A stretch of 64,000 nt of DNA from Octopus vulgaris (GCA_951406725.2 OX597832.1:60760001-60824000); one strand, 5' to 3'. Positions 24,901-39,141 are shown, counted from the first letter of the stretch. The notes: a model not told the origin generated them from the sequence alone. A program made the numbers and translations.

Positions 24901-25784
24901 TAAAATTGTTAAAAATAAATGCTATAATAATTAAGTTTTAGTTTTGGGAACCGGACCTGGAAAAGTACAAAATGCAGTTGGTGTGTGTGTGTATGTGTGT
25001 ATACAGAGTTAGAGAGAAAGAGAGAGAAGAAAGACAGACAGTTCCATGTGTACATGTGTGTATTTATGATAGACACAAAGAGCTACATGCACATATAGAG
25101 AGAGATTGATAGAGAGAAAGAGAGACGGAGATATAAAGTAAAACAAAACAAGACTATGTATTCATAAAGACGAGAGGTTTTAATTAATTTGAGAGAGGAG
25201 AGGAAGGACAAGTATATATATAGAGAGAGAGATGGAGGTGCAGTGAGAGGAAGAGTACTGCAGCAAAAGGAGTAGGAGTGACAGAATGGGACAGCACAAA
25301 GGCGCAACCAGGTTCTCTCGCCATGAACAGGACGTTTCACTCCTACACATATAACTATACATACATTATATGTATACACGCGCAGCACACTATTATATAT
25401 TGTCCTATGAATTATTCACACGGCTCACACTATATGAAACTATAATATATCATGTATATTATGCACCTGTTTTTGCTTAATACGCCAACAGTCATATTAC
25501 ATATTATATGCAAGCTCTACATAGAAAACTTCTTGGGGGATTTTTTTCTCTCTTCTTTCCTTTATATAAATGAAACTATATAAGATAAATGAACTCGTAA
25601 AAACTATATACTAAAGCGTTATTATTATACACAGGCAGAGCGGTGCAGAGACGGCGATCGAAAGAGAGAGAGATAGACGAAACGAGAAATATTTGAAAAT
25701 AACGGACAGACACCATCTTAAAATTGTTTTAAGGCTACGAAAAGAAAAGAATAAAATTACAAACACGTCATGATCAATATATGA

Positions 25785-26550
25785 ATTGTTGTTTAGCCCC
25801 GGGTCAATACCGCTCAAGCAAAACCTATAATCAAAAATACACAGGCTGTGATCAATTGGGTCTTTTACTGTTGTTTTCTTTTCTTTTCTTTTTTTTTGCC
25901 ATGTGGACTTTCCTATGTAAAAAAAATAATAAGCTGTGAGGTATGTGTGATATAAGGTGATTCGGCTGCTCTTTCTAGCAGGCTAAGCAGCCACGTAGTC
26001 TCCCACATTGGCTTGAGAGGAGAAGAAGTGATAGGGAGGGGTGGAGATATATAGAGAGAGTAATGAATCCCGGTGGTGGTAGAAAGCGAGAACGATGAAT
26101 GGTGGTAGCATAGAGTGTAATGAGTATTAGTGAGAGAGAGAGAATGCAAGAGAGATTTATCATGGTAGAGAGAGAGAGAGAGTGTGTGACAAAAACTAGT
26201 TCGACAGGTAAGAAAAAAAAAGGCGACCAAAGAAAAAATTTACAAAACGTATATGAAAAAAGGAAAAAGAATATGTAAATGTATTGTTTGGTTCAATACT
26301 GGAGGTACTTCGGTACTCTTGGCCTGCTACTTGCTTCTACGACGTCGACTAAAATCAACGACGGGGTTAACCTTTTATATGGTCGCAAGATTTTTTTAGA
26401 AATAGCAGCTAAATCTCAAATCAAACCCTGCTGTCTTATAAACAAGAATGCGGGACATTGGGTATATTTAAAATGAAAATGGGAGATGGCCATAGCTTCA
26501 ATTCCTATCACAGGTAAGCTCGATAAGGGCTGAACTGAGAAACTTAAAAC
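25785..26550. mobile_element. Two family E copies in opposite orientation (25785-25995 +, 26375-26550 -)
   Basis: ttgtttagccccgggtca...gattcggctgctctttctagcagg and ttagaaatagcagctaaatctc...ggacattggg...aagctcgataagggctga. Confidence 0.55.
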
Positions 26551-27199
26551 AACTATCATTAAATTCACAATCGATTTATCCGACCAGACTATGTCTTCTA
26601 ACAGAGCCTGGTCGCAATTTTTAGCAAAAGTGATATTTGCTTGATTGGTAGATGTTTAATTTAAGATCCAGGTAAACCAAAGTTATCAACAGAGGTGTTG
26701 TGAGTCGTAACCCTACCATCGAACACTTCCTAGTTTCAGACGACAGAATGTCATTCGAGGTTAAAATTTGACTGCTGTTATTTTGTAGCAAGTCAAGCGA
26801 ATCGCTTAAAGTTTCACCTGCTTGTTAGTTTTTATTATTTGAAGGGAGCTATAAAATTAGTAGGGGTCCATTCAAATATACTACATAAACCTACTTCCTC
26901 TCCCCACCTCCTGTAACACTACCACTCCGAACATTCCTTTCACCTGACAAATACCTCCTGTATAAGGTATTTGTACTGGTTTTTAACAATTTGGTTTCAA
27001 ACTCTCCCAAGGTCAATTTGGTCCTGCAATCTTTCGCAGGTCCTTAAAATAAAGTACCTGTTAAGTACTGGATTCAAGTGTACCGATTCAGCGCCCCCAC
27101 CCAACCCCGTAATTCCGTTTCTCTTGCACCAAAATTGGAGACAATTACTATTTTTTACACGTGAACATGTCTGTTTTAGAAACGACTCCACGGGCGATG

Positions 27200-28460
27200 G
27201 ATCAACAGAATCGTTAGAGACATACGAAATGGTTAGTGGTATGTGTTCCGGTTCTTTACGTTCTGAGTTCAAATCTCGAGATCAACTTAGTCTTACCGGA
27301 GTCGATAAAAAAGACACAGTAATAAGTACGAGGGACGATGGTTCTTGACTAAAGCATTAACCTCAAACCTGCTAATCACTATCACAGAGTCCAAGATACA
27401 TTAAATTGCTTAGCTGTATTTCAGAGTTCAAATCACGCCAGGATTAAGCTTCTTTTTTTTTTCTGCATCTCTCCTGTTAATCACTTTTTCTTCACGAGTC
27501 CTAGCGACTTATAAGACCGGTTACGCAGTTTCTATAGAGTATAAGTGACCAAGATCACAACAATCTATCCTGAACAGGGGCGCCGGTTCGTCAGCGATTT
27601 TATTTATTTATTTTTGAAGGGAGGGAAGAATCGCCCCCAATACGTTATCTTATCGAGTTTGAAGAGATGAAAAAATTAAAAGGATTCGAACTCACAACAT
27701 AAAATCCGGAAGAAATGCCGCCAAGCATTTTGTCCGAAGAGTTAACGATCCTGCCAGCTCACCGTCTTGCTCTTAATCATCAGGATCGATATAATCGATT
27801 ATATGTCTCCCCTCAGAATTTAAAGCTTCAGACCCGTATTAGAAATAAGTACTGAGAGATATCGATTTAAAAGACTGTATATTAACACTCCGGTAAGAAA
27901 AATAATCCCGTTTTAGCAACATGAGAGAGCGTCGGACAAAATGCTTAGTGGCGTTTTTTCCGGTTCTTTACGTCCTGAGTTCAAATTCCACCGAGGTTAA
28001 CTTTACCTTTCATCCTTTCCAGGCCGATAAAATAAAGTACCAGTCAAAAAGAAGTATTTCACCCCACCACCACCAAAAAAAAAACCCCAATTGCTGGCCA
28101 TGTACGAGAATTTTAAGCATTTAAGGTAACGACGAGTAGTCAAAGTACTAAGTGGTATTTCCTCTGGCTCTTTACGTTCTGAGTTCAAATTCCACCGAAG
28201 CCGACTCTGCCTTATATTGTTTCAGGGATAAAATAAAGTACCATACAAGTACCGAGGTCAATATATTTGACCTGCACCCTTCCCTTCAAAACTACCGCCT
28301 TTGAATCCAGTAAAGGACCAGCGTCCAGTTGAGGGTAGGATATTTGTGACCTCAATTGTTTATTTACAGGCCACGGAAACCGGGCAACCGGCTTTACGAA
28401 TCCGAAGAGCTCAAGATGAAAAAAAAAAATATTCCGGCTCTTTACGTTCTGAGTTCAAAT
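27200..28460. mobile_element. Cluster of partial SINE family B copies in both orientations
   Basis: 'ctttacgttctgagttcaaat'-type motif at ~27254, ~27967, ~28170 and ~28440; reverse copy at ~27640-27768. Confidence 0.7.
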
Positions 28461-28591
28461 CCCATCGAGATCTAATTGCGATTCTAGTAAATTATTTTAA
28501 TCAGTTCTGTTGTCTCTTCTTCTTTGTGATGAAGATGATGATAACAGAGCAAAGTTTATTACTTTTTACATTTCTAAATTAACGTAGGCAT

Positions 28592-28626
<35 letters not shown>

Positions 28627-28780
28627 GGAGTGGCTGTGTGGTAAAGTAGCTTGCTAACCAACCACATGGTTCCGGGTTCAGTCCCACTGCGTGGCATCTT
28701 CGGCAAGTGTCTTCTGCTATAGCCCCGGGTCGACCAATGCCTTGGTAGACGGAAACTGAAAGAAGCCTGTCGTATATATG

Positions 28781-28825
<45 letters not shown>

Positions 28826-29011
28826 TTGTCCCCCTAGCATTGCTTGACAACCGATGCTGGTGTGTTTACGTCCCCGTCACATAGCGGTTCGGCAAAAGAG
28901 ACCAATAGAATAAGTACTGGGCTTCCAAAGAATAAGTCCCGGGGTCGATTTGATCGACTAAAGGCGGTGCTCCAGCATGGCCGCAGTCAAATGACTGAAA
29001 CAAGTAAAAGA

Positions 29012-29012
<1 letters not shown>
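28627..29012 (+). mobile_element. SINE family A, young subfamily, between (TA)n tracts
   Basis: Near-identical to 10995-11417 apart from a short deletion after ccaatgccttg. Confidence 0.92.
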
Positions 29013-29047
<35 letters not shown>

Positions 29048-30577
29048 GGGGGATATAAACGAAAACCTACATCCTACTTGTCAGACTTGAATAATTATTG
29101 CGTAGGGTAACCCACGAATAAAGCACATTTACCCACTAATCGGTGTTAAGCATTCATTCTCACTGTTCGATATCAACACACACACATATGGGTTTCTTTC
29201 AGTTTCTGCGTATCATATCCATTCGCAAGCCTTCGGTTAATCCACTTGCCCAAGGTGCTATAAGGTGGGACCGAACCGTCTTAAGGATAGTATATCACAG
29301 TTATTTCAACTGATACTAGCATTTTCATTTACTAGTCTTATTATATTTAATGAACAGAGTATAATAATAATAATAATAATGCATAAGTTTCTTTAATACT
29401 AGTTAATATATTATTTCTTAAACAGCCAAGTGTTTGTATCATTAATATTTCTTTCAGATTAAAAAAAAAATGTTAAAGTACCGCTACGAATTAAATAAAT
29501 TTATTTATTGGAAACTTTAATTAGTTTCCCCTTGTTTTATTTTATATTTACACATTGTAAATATCAAAACGGCTTTAAAAGTAACACACACACACACATA
29601 TATATATATGTATATATTTCAAAAATTTGAAATTAATTCAAAATACAAAAAGGTGAAGATGAAACAAGCCTTAAAACATATTCAGGCGGACACCAAAAGG
29701 TAATCGATGTGTTTTAATATAGATATATGTGTGTGTGTGTGTGAGTACATTATAGATAGATTATGGGTGATCGAACGTGTGAAAAAAGACTTTAGAAACT
29801 GTTAAAAGGAAAAAATACATATATATATATATATAAGGTACATATGCACACGGGCACACACACAAGCGGATGTCCAACTACACCTATTACACGTGTATAT
29901 ATATATATATGTGTGTATGTATAACACACACGTATGTACGTCCACTCACGAACGTAGGCACCCCTACTTTAGTTGCAGGTATACACCACACACTTCAATA
30001 AATAAGTTTATTATTTTGGATCTAACCATTCTCTATTGTATTTGGCCATGTTGATCCACATACCTACAACACACACACAAACAGCTCAAGAATTAAGGGA
30101 CCTACACATCTGGCGAATTCTTTTAATTCATTGCATACACACAACGAATGCATCATATCTTTTTTGCCCATTACTTTATAATTAAAATACATTCATAAAA
30201 TACATGTCTGATTTCATACACACATATACCTTAGTACATCAATATTTCTTTATATAAATGATCCACAAAAATTATACACTCACAGATCATATATATATAT
30301 ATACATGTGCATATATAGTTGGTGGTACGAAACAGAACATGCATTTTTATGGCGCGCGCACACAGACACACGAGCAGCAGATATTATATAGCATTCATGT
30401 TAGTCTTGAAATTTGGAATGGCTTAAAATGAAAAATCCGAAATACAGCATAGGGCATTATCATACTTTAAACTTCAAAAATAGCATGAGATATTGTGAAT
30501 GGTATTTCATATTGGATGTCCTCCCCATTACGGCCTTAAAGTCCTATCTGATCCATTAAATCTGTAGGATGTATCAC

Positions 30578-30616
<39 letters not shown>

Positions 30617-32504
30617 AGTTTTATTATAAAAATAATTTGAGATTAAACGGAGGGAATATTCAGTGCTTATTTTTAATATTGTTTTATAATGTGTTGATAG
30701 AGACTTCGAACTTTCGGCCAGTCCGAAAGTTAAGTCACCATTCTTCTTGTAATAGTGTGTGTATGTAGGCATGTCTACAGATGCGTTTTTTTTTTTGTAG
30801 ATTAGTTCCCTAATAGCTGGGGTTTCACTTTTTATTAATTTGTGTAATTATCTTGGTTTTCTTTTCTTCTTTTTTCTCTTTTCATTTAAGACTTTCATCT
30901 TCGTTAATTGATCTTTCTAAGGTTAATACCTAGCAATTTCAATTAAGGACTGCAAAAGTAAGGACGCCCTTAGGTAAAATTACAGATTAACTTATATCGT
31001 AATATCCTAAAATGAACAGTGTTTAGTAAAAATTAACAAAAGAATGCCTCTGTACATCTAACCACAAACAAATACCATTTATATATATGTGACGGGCTTC
31101 CATACAGTTTTTTAATAACCAGATTCACTCAAAGGTAATGGTCGGTGTTAAGCTTTTAGTACAAGACGTACCCAGGTAGGTGTACAGTAGGAATGAACTC
31201 GAAACCACGTGGCTGAAACACGCAGCTATGCCCTTCACTCCCGTTTGGGTGTAACGTGCCTGTGTTTGCATATTGAGTAATATAGCGTGTGTATTATGTT
31301 ATGGACATATATAATAGATTACAGGTTGATAAAGTTTGTGTGGATAGATAGATAGCAAAGTTGAAATATAAATAGAAGGAAACAAAAATAATATTTAAAT
31401 ATCAAGCATGGACAACCTTTTTTGAGAAGCGGGCCGCACTACAATAGTTAAGGTAATTTTTCGTTTAGCCGTGCCATTCGGAAGGAGATAGATTTTCCCA
31501 CGAATGCCATAAACGAAGAATTAAAAGAAACAATATTTAACAAAATCTTAAAAAGAAAATGTTATGGAAGAACCGATTGGAGACAGGATTACTGTAAAAG
31601 AAAAACGTGTTAATAATTCCAAATAAATGTCTCTATTTAACTAAGAGACGAACCAAAGTGGTACGCCTCGTACCGACTATAGAAAGTGCAACCAATTATC
31701 CCTCAAATCACAGGACACATTTAAGATATTGTAATGTTGCAAGTCATGTATAGATTTCTGTCTGGAAACAGACGGATTGGTCACGCTTGGAATGCTTTTT
31801 AGTCGCTAACATGTGTCTATTTGGTTAATCAGTGCTGAGATGATAGGGGTAGGCGGAATAAACAAACAACAGTCATAAATTAAGACATGAAACCACCTGA
31901 GAGACTGGTAAATTTAATTAATTTTGTAATTAAAAGAGGATTAATTACTTACGGCATTTTCATAATGTAAAAAATAAATACCCCAGTTGTGTATATAGTT
32001 GGATCTGTTTTTTGGTTTATTATTATATTTTTTTTTCCTTTGAAATAGTAGTTTAAAATTACATATAAAATATATTTCCTTTCGTGTGTAGAAGTCCGAT
32101 GGCTAAGAAGGAGAGAAAAAACACGGGAGAGAAAGACTGCGTGGAAAATGAATGAGTGAGTGTTTATGAGGAGAAAGAAAGGAAGCAAAGGGATGAGAAG
32201 AGTAACTATAAAAGCTTTATGGTGACTGAGAAAGAAAATGAAAGAGAAATAAAAAGGAAAAGTTTATTTATTTATTTATTATTTTCTTCATTTCATATGC
32301 TCTTACAATCGACCACATGCAACGAATGAGAGAGAGAGAGATAGAGAAGGGTTTCAATTGAATGGCTGTAGGTGTGTGAATGTATAAATACATAAATATT
32401 ACACGAGGACCTTAATGTATATTTGTATTTAGTTTCCAGACCCCTCACACACACACACACACATACACAAACACAACCTGATGGTATTTTCCCTACGGAT
32501 TAAT

Positions 32505-32730
32505 ATTGGTTTCTGATTTCGGCACAAGGCCAGCAGTTTCTGGGAAGAGTGTAAGACGATTACATCGACCCCCCACCCCCACCCGTCCCCCAATGCTCAT
32601 CTAGAACTTATTCTATCGACCCCCGAAAGGATGAAAGGCAAAGTCGACCTCGGCGGAATTTGAACTCAGAACGTAAAGATGGACGAAATGCCGGTAAACA
32701 TTTTACCCGGCGTCCTGGCACCTCACCAAC
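32505..32730 (-). mobile_element. SINE family B
   Basis: atcgacccccgaaaggatgaaaggcaaagtcgacctcggcggaatttgaactcagaacgtaaag. Confidence 0.85.
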
Positions 32731-33139
32731 TTCGACTTTAGATATCCTGATAATTATCCAGAGATTTAAAGTTGTTGTTTAACCCCAGGTCAACCTACAC
32801 TGAAGATACTTGCGATCGAAAGCACTCCAGTCATGAAGGCCCGGAGTCATTTCTCTCAGATATTATAAACCCAAGCCTCCCTTATCTCATATGTTTGTCT
32901 TTTTTCAAAATAAAGAGGTCGCTGGGATTAACTTATGCGTTCGCCAAGGGTTGCACTCCGCGATTTGGTACTTTTGATGCCTTAAGCAGAGTCCACTTTC
33001 TTACAAACATTTGGGACACGTCTTCCGTTTGAGAAACCCATCTTCTCTTCCTCTCCCTCCCTCCTACCACTCACGGAGGTCCTACAAAGGATCATGGGCA
33101 CAGCCTTCCTTCAGTGATGGCGCTACAATGTGAGCCGCA

Positions 33140-33300
33140 CGGAGCAGCCCTAGAGTTTGCCGCCCCCATCCTTGGGCCCCATCATTTACAGGCATATACT
33201 GCAGGCCCAAAAGTGCCGCCCGCACAAAAGCGTCGCAGGAGCAAGCAGCACCTTCTCCCAACCCCACTCCACCCCCTCCCCATTCCTAGTTACGTTTCTA
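33140..33300. mobile_element. GC-rich putative DNA-transposon (MITE) remnant inside a family E copy
   Basis: gagcagccctagagtttgccgcccc...gccgccc...ctagttacg; family E 5' part at 32770-32910 and 3' part at 33300-33370 flank it. Confidence 0.35.
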
Positions 33301-33609
33301 CCTTCCTCCTTGACTATAAGATTAGAAAAGAAAAAAAGATTTGACTGTTATTTCTAGCGGATCTAGGTACCGTCTCGAAGTCGATTCCCTTCATCGGTAA
33401 CAGGTTCGGTGGAAGAGTTTCTATAGTCTCTAATAAGTGGAAATAGAGTGTGAGTGTGTACGTGTGTGTGTGAAACTACAGCAGTATATTATAGTTCTAT
33501 AGTTTAAAGATATTGACTATTGATTTTTTCACGTCTGTAAGTCTGGTGTGCCAGTAAATGTAGGTGAGGGTACATGCGGCTCCATAAGAGTATGTGTCTT
33601 CAGATGCGA

Positions 33610-33641
<32 letters not shown>

Positions 33642-33859
33642 AAGAGCACACACGCGTTTATCTGTATGAGAGACAGAGAGAGAAAGAAAGAGAGAGTTAT
33701 TTACATGCAGATATATAAATGTATATTAAATATATTTTATAAATATAATTATATATTTACAAATACATAAATGTATATTAAATATGTAATTATACATATA
33801 GAAAAATTTTTACATTTGCATATCTAAAAATGTACATTTAATGGGTGTAAATAATTCTA

Positions 33860-33918
<59 letters not shown>

Positions 33919-33920
<2 letters not shown>

Positions 33921-34302
33921 CACAGGAGTGGCTGTGTGATAAGTAGCTTTGCTTACCAACCACATGGTTCCAGGTTCAGTCCTACTGAGTGGCACCTTGG
34001 ACAAGTGTCTTCTATAGCGTCCGGCCGACCAAAGCCTTTTGAGTGGATTTGGTAGACGGAAACTGAAAGAAGCCCGTCGTATATATATGTGTGTGTTTGT
34101 GCGTCTGAGTTTGTCCCCCCACAACATCACTTGACATGTGATGCTGGTGTGTTTATGTCCCTGTGACTTAGCGGTTTGGCAAAAGTAGACTGATAGAATA
34201 AGTACTAGGCTTACAAAGAATAAGTCCTGGGGATTGACTAGCTTGACTAAAAGGTGGTGCTCCAGCATGGCTGTAGTCAAACGACTGAAACAAGTAAAAG
34301 AG
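33919..34302 (+). mobile_element. SINE family A
   Basis: Full-length colinear match after a (TA)n tract. Confidence 0.88.
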
Positions 34303-34617
34303 TAAGAACATATCATTGTTTTCTTTTTTCCTTTGTCATCAGGTTAAAGAACACTTCTCCATCCCTGTATGTGTCAAACGGAATTTGTTGAGGCAGATTT
34401 TCTACGGCTGGATGCCTTTCCTGTTGCCAAACCTCACCTGTATCCAAGCAAGGTAATATTTTCATTGCTTCTATGTTGGAGATGTTTGCTTGCAACAATC
34501 ATGTGACATCATGATATGGGTGTTCACACACACACACACACACAAACACATCTATGTGATGGACTTTTTTCTCAGTTTCCATCAACCAGATCCACTCTCA
34601 AGGTTTTGGTTAGCCTG

Positions 34618-34872
34618 TGGAGACACGTGGCTTAGTGGTTAGGGTGTAGGACTCATGATTGTTAGATTGTGGTTTCAGTTCCTGGACTAGGCAATGTGCT
34701 GTGTTCTTGAGCAAGACACTTCATTTCATGTTGCTCTTGTCCATTCAGCTGACAAAAAAGGAGTAAACCTGAGATGGAAGGGCATCATATCCAGGGGGAG
34801 AATTTATAAGCCATGAAACCACAGAAACTGGCCTTATGAGTTGGTATGACTCGAGAACATAACTTTATTTAC
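34618..34872 (+). mobile_element. tRNA-head SINE family F inserted into a minus-strand family A fragment
   Basis: 13-bp TSD tttggttagcctg at 34605-34617 and 34873-34885; head tggcttagtggttaggg...ggtttcagttcc. Confidence 0.8.
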
Positions 34873-35049
34873 TTTGGTTAGCCTGGAGCTTAAGTAGAAG
34901 ACACTGACCCATGGTGCTGTGCACTGGGATTGAACCCAAAATGACATGGCCGGGAAGCAAGCTTCTTAGCCACACACCCACACCATGCATGCATGTGTGT
35001 GTGTGTGTGTGCTTACTTCTTACTGTTTGTGTTTGACCATTGAATCTAA

Positions 35050-36300
35050 TGACAACCAGGTGAGTGAAGAGATCTTTTGGAAACACAAAATGCTAAAGGA
35101 CTCTGGTGGACTTAACAAGTTACCTGTATATGGTCCATGTTTTACAACCAACCATTCAGAAAAGTGGAAACACAGATTGTCCAGGAAAAAGGGAGCTAGG
35201 GATGGGAGTGATTACTTAAAAAGGCCCTTTCTGAGCCTTCCTAAACAATACAGAAGCTTGTCTGGAACAGTTTAGGATTCCACCCTGTCTAGTAAGCAGT
35301 CATTGGAATTAATCCATTTATACACCTGGTTGCATACGAAATGTTCAGTACTTATTCGACACCCGTAATACAGTTGCATACAGTCCTTCGCTTTGAGATT
35401 ATGAAAGCTTACCATAATGTTTAATCTAAATACAGTGAAATTTTTTATGGGCATATATGGGTTAAGGCTAACCATAATACGTGAACAGGAAGAGTGGTAA
35501 AGTTGTTGCTAGTTTTACTGCAAAGGTGGGGAAGAAAGAGTAGGATTGTGTAGTGTGCAATTTTCTGGATGTTAACAGTCAAGTCTAGTCTTTTTATAAG
35601 CTGTAACAGCTGCTGAAATGACAGCTCTTGTTATTTCTAGAGTATGAGCTACTTATGAGCTACTAGGATACCATCATTAATCAATATATTATAGTCTAAT
35701 GATCTGTAATAGTTCAATGATCTATAATTCAGATCTGAGCCTGATGATGACCTGCCAAGATTCTGAAGCTGAACTAGTTCCCATTGGGTTAAAAATTAAC
35801 AGCAAATCCTACCAGCTTTTACATTCATTTTTTTTCATAACAGTTTGGTCATACAAATGAAGAAGTTATTAAACAGTACAGGAGCCTGCATTTAGCCTTC
35901 CCTAAGGTTCACCTTTCTAGTCTATCATAACTAGTACTATCGTCCCAGTATGAAAATGAAGGAGGATAATCACAAACTTGAGCGAGACAGCAACCCTTTC
36001 TGAAAATATCTCTCAGAAATTCTCTTTTTACAGGGTCAAAAGTCTTTGGCAGATTTTCAAACACTGTGAATGAACCAGTCCTAATGTTGTTCTTTGAATT
36101 TCTCCTGAAGCTGTCCTGCACCAAAGGTCAGTCAAGTCAACTTGTTCCCTGAAGAAACACCACTAACTCCGATACATTTTCTTACATTAAGTGACCCCAT
36201 CTTTTAAGCATTGCTGTTACTGTTTTTCCCAACTCCATTTTTTTAGTACTTTTTACTGATTAGTCAGGGAAGGAAGGTCAACAACTGAAAACATTTTAGG
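35050..36300 (-). pseudogene. Highly decayed RTE (BovB-like) LINE ORF remnant
   Basis: Minus strand: LQEKFKEQH...FTVFENLPKTFDPVKRE.L..IF.K.C...KFVIILLHFHTG (cf. LQEKCREQ...YTVFVDLTKAFDTVSRE.LW.IL.K.GCP.KF......FHDG); downstream EHF....I.SNDCLLDR..ASVLF (cf. F.YLGS.ISND..LD.EI...AS.AFG.L); frameshifted. Confidence 0.65.
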
Positions 36301-36651
36301 GCTTTTCGAGACTGGTAGAAGTGAGGTAAGGGTGGGAAGCAAGGAAGCTATCCTTAACCTGAAGGTCTAGCCCCAGTATGTTTGAGAAGAAATACAGTAA
36401 CTAATGGGTTAATTATTTGCCTAGTTTAATGCTACCACCTCATATCTTGGTATCATTAGAAGAATTCAATCTCTCTCAGGTATTTGGGCCAGATCTTAAG
36501 TTTTCTGTAAGCATTTGGGCCAGAGATCTTCAGCAAAGAGGCAGCAACAGTAAGTGCTGTACAGCATTTTGCCTTGCATCATACCAACTCAGCCAATTTG
36601 CCATGGATGGAAAAATAAAACATAATGTTATCAATATTTTTGTCATATTAA

Positions 36652-36892
36652 GGCAGTGAGCTGGCAGAATCGTTAGCACGTCGGACGAAGTGCTTAGCTG
36701 TATTTCGTCTGCCATTACGTTCTGAGTTCAAATTCCGCCGAGGTCAACTTTGCCTTTCATCCTTTCAGGATCGATTAAATAAGTACCAGTTACGCACTGG
36801 GGTTGATGTTATCTACTTAAATCCCCTTGCCTGTCCTTGTTTGTTCCCTCTATGTTTAGCTCCACCCTCACCCTGTGGGCAATAAAGAAATA
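36652..36892 (+). mobile_element. SINE family B, full length with TSD
   Basis: Perfect 19-bp TSD aatatttttgtcatattaa at 36633-36651 and 36893-36911. Confidence 0.93.
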
Positions 36893-37244
36893 AATATTTT
36901 TGTCATATTAAAAGGACCAGACTCTGCTGACTATGAGGGTTCAAATACACCTGAGGACAGTGTTACCCATTATCTTTCTATTTCTTTTTTTTGTGGTGGT
37001 GGTGGAGTTTGGGGCGTTGATTAACTTATGTTGCCGTTTAGCTCAGTGGATTAGCAACATAGACAGAACTTCAGACAGAAGCTTATCTTACTGTATTATA
37101 CACACACACACAAATACACACACTGGAGTTTATGGTATTTCGTAGAGTATGTGTGTGTTTGTGTGTGAATATCTCTCTCCCTCCCTCTCTCTCTCTCTAT
37201 ATATATATATATACACACACACACACATATGCTATGGTATTTTG

Positions 37245-37299
<55 letters not shown>

Positions 37300-38054
37300 T
37301 AAATACACACACACATACATAATGCTTGACAGTATTTGGTGTCAGTGATTTTAAAACACCTGCAATCAGTAATTCTTCACATATAATTACATAATTCAAA
37401 GGTCATTGAACTTGCTAATTCTATACATACATTACCTGTACGTAAACATATTGCTTTATAACAATTTACAAATACAAATTTTTACAGCGTGGCTGTGTGG
37501 TAAGAAACTTGCATTCCAGCAACCTTCTTACCACACACGGCTTCAGTTCAGTCACACTGCATGGTGCCTTGGACAAGTGTCTTCTAATAAAGCCTTGGGC
37601 CGATCAAAGACTTGTCAGTGGATTTGGTAAACAGAAACTGAAAGAAGCCTGTCATATACATACATATATGTAATTATATATTTTATTCTTTTATTTGTTT
37701 CAGTCATCTGACTGTGGCCATGCTGGAGCATTACCTCATGCTTATGAGCCCCATATTTTTGTGTGTGTGCGTGCACATGCGTGTGTGTGTGTGTGTGTTG
37801 GCCTCATGATGGCTAGAAACAAGCATTGTTTCCAGTCTTCCTGGAAAAACATGTCTGACTATGGGGGAATATTGGTTTGCCTGGAAGCAGATGAGGGTTG
37901 AGGACAGAAAGAGCATCCAGTCAGGGAAAATCTAACAACCATTCCTTGGGAAGGAAACATTCTGGGTTCAAAACCAAATGCCTAAAAAAAAAAGAAATAA
38001 ACACAAATCCATCCACCCATTAATAATCATTATTATCATCATCATTTTAATGTC

Positions 38055-38443
38055 CATGCCAGGGCCACCTGAATGGCTCCTGTGCCGGCAGCACATAAAA
38101 AGCACCATCCAAACATGGCCGATGCCAGTGCCTCCTGACTGGCTCCCGTGCCAGTGGCACATAAAAAGCCCCATCTCAACATGGCCAATGCCTGTGCCTC
38201 CTGAATGGCTCCCCTGCCGGTGGTATGTAAAATGCACCATCCAAACGTGATCGATGCTGGTGGCATGCAAAAAGCACCCACTACACTCTCAGAGTGGTTG
38301 GCGTTAGGAAGGGCATCCAGCTGTAGAGACATTGCCAGATCAGATTGGAGCCTGGTGCAGCCACTGGCTCTCCAGACCTCAATCAAACCATCTAACCCAT
38401 GCCAGCATGGAAAACGGACGTTAAACGATGTTGATGATGATGA
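38055..38443 (+). mobile_element. Family C element with 5' tandem ~62-bp units
   Basis: About three units of cctgaatggctcc.gtgcc.gtggcacataaaaagcacc..caaacatggccgatgcc precede the ggttggcgttaggaagggcatcc core and (GAT)n tail. Confidence 0.85.
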
Positions 38444-38562
38444 CTTTTCCAACAGTACAACAGCATACCCATATACCCACACTTCCAGTAGTACCCCATG
38501 TAAGAAAGGGTACTTTTACACACTATTTCCTAAATCAATTGCATATTTTCCACACTTAAATA

Positions 38563-39141
38563 CTGGAATGGCTGTGTGGTTAAGTTTGCTTTCAAATCAC
38601 AGGATTTCCAGTGCAGTCTCATTGTGCGGCATCTTATGCAAATATTTTCCACTGTAGCCCCAGGCTAACCAAAACCTTGTGGGGGGATTTTGTACATAGA
38701 AATTGAAAAAAGTTTATCGTGGCTGTGTGGTAAGAAGCCTACTTCCCAACCATATGGTTCTGGGTTCCGTCCCACTGTGTGGCACCTTGGGCAAGACTCT
38801 TCAACAATAGGCCTGGGCCGACCAAAGCCTTGTGAGTGGATTTGGTAGAGGGAAACTGAAAGAAGCTATAGTAGAAGACACTTGTCGAAGGTGCCACGCA
38901 GTGGGACTGAACCCGGAACCATGTGGTTCGTAAGCAAGCTACTTACCACACAGCCACTCCTACGCATATATATATATGGCAGGTTTCTTTTGGTTTCCGT
39001 TTACCAAGTCCACTCATAAGTTTTTGGTCAGCCCAAGGCGATAGAAGAAAGCACTTGTCCAAAATTCCACAGAGTGGAACTAAATCCAGAACTATATGGC
39101 TGAGGAGCAAACTTTTTTTATTTCACAGCCATGCCTGTGCC
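38563..39141. mobile_element. Cluster of four family A 5' fragments arranged + + - -
   Basis: + 38563-38718, + 38719-38865, - 38866-38960, - 38978-39141. Confidence 0.8.
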
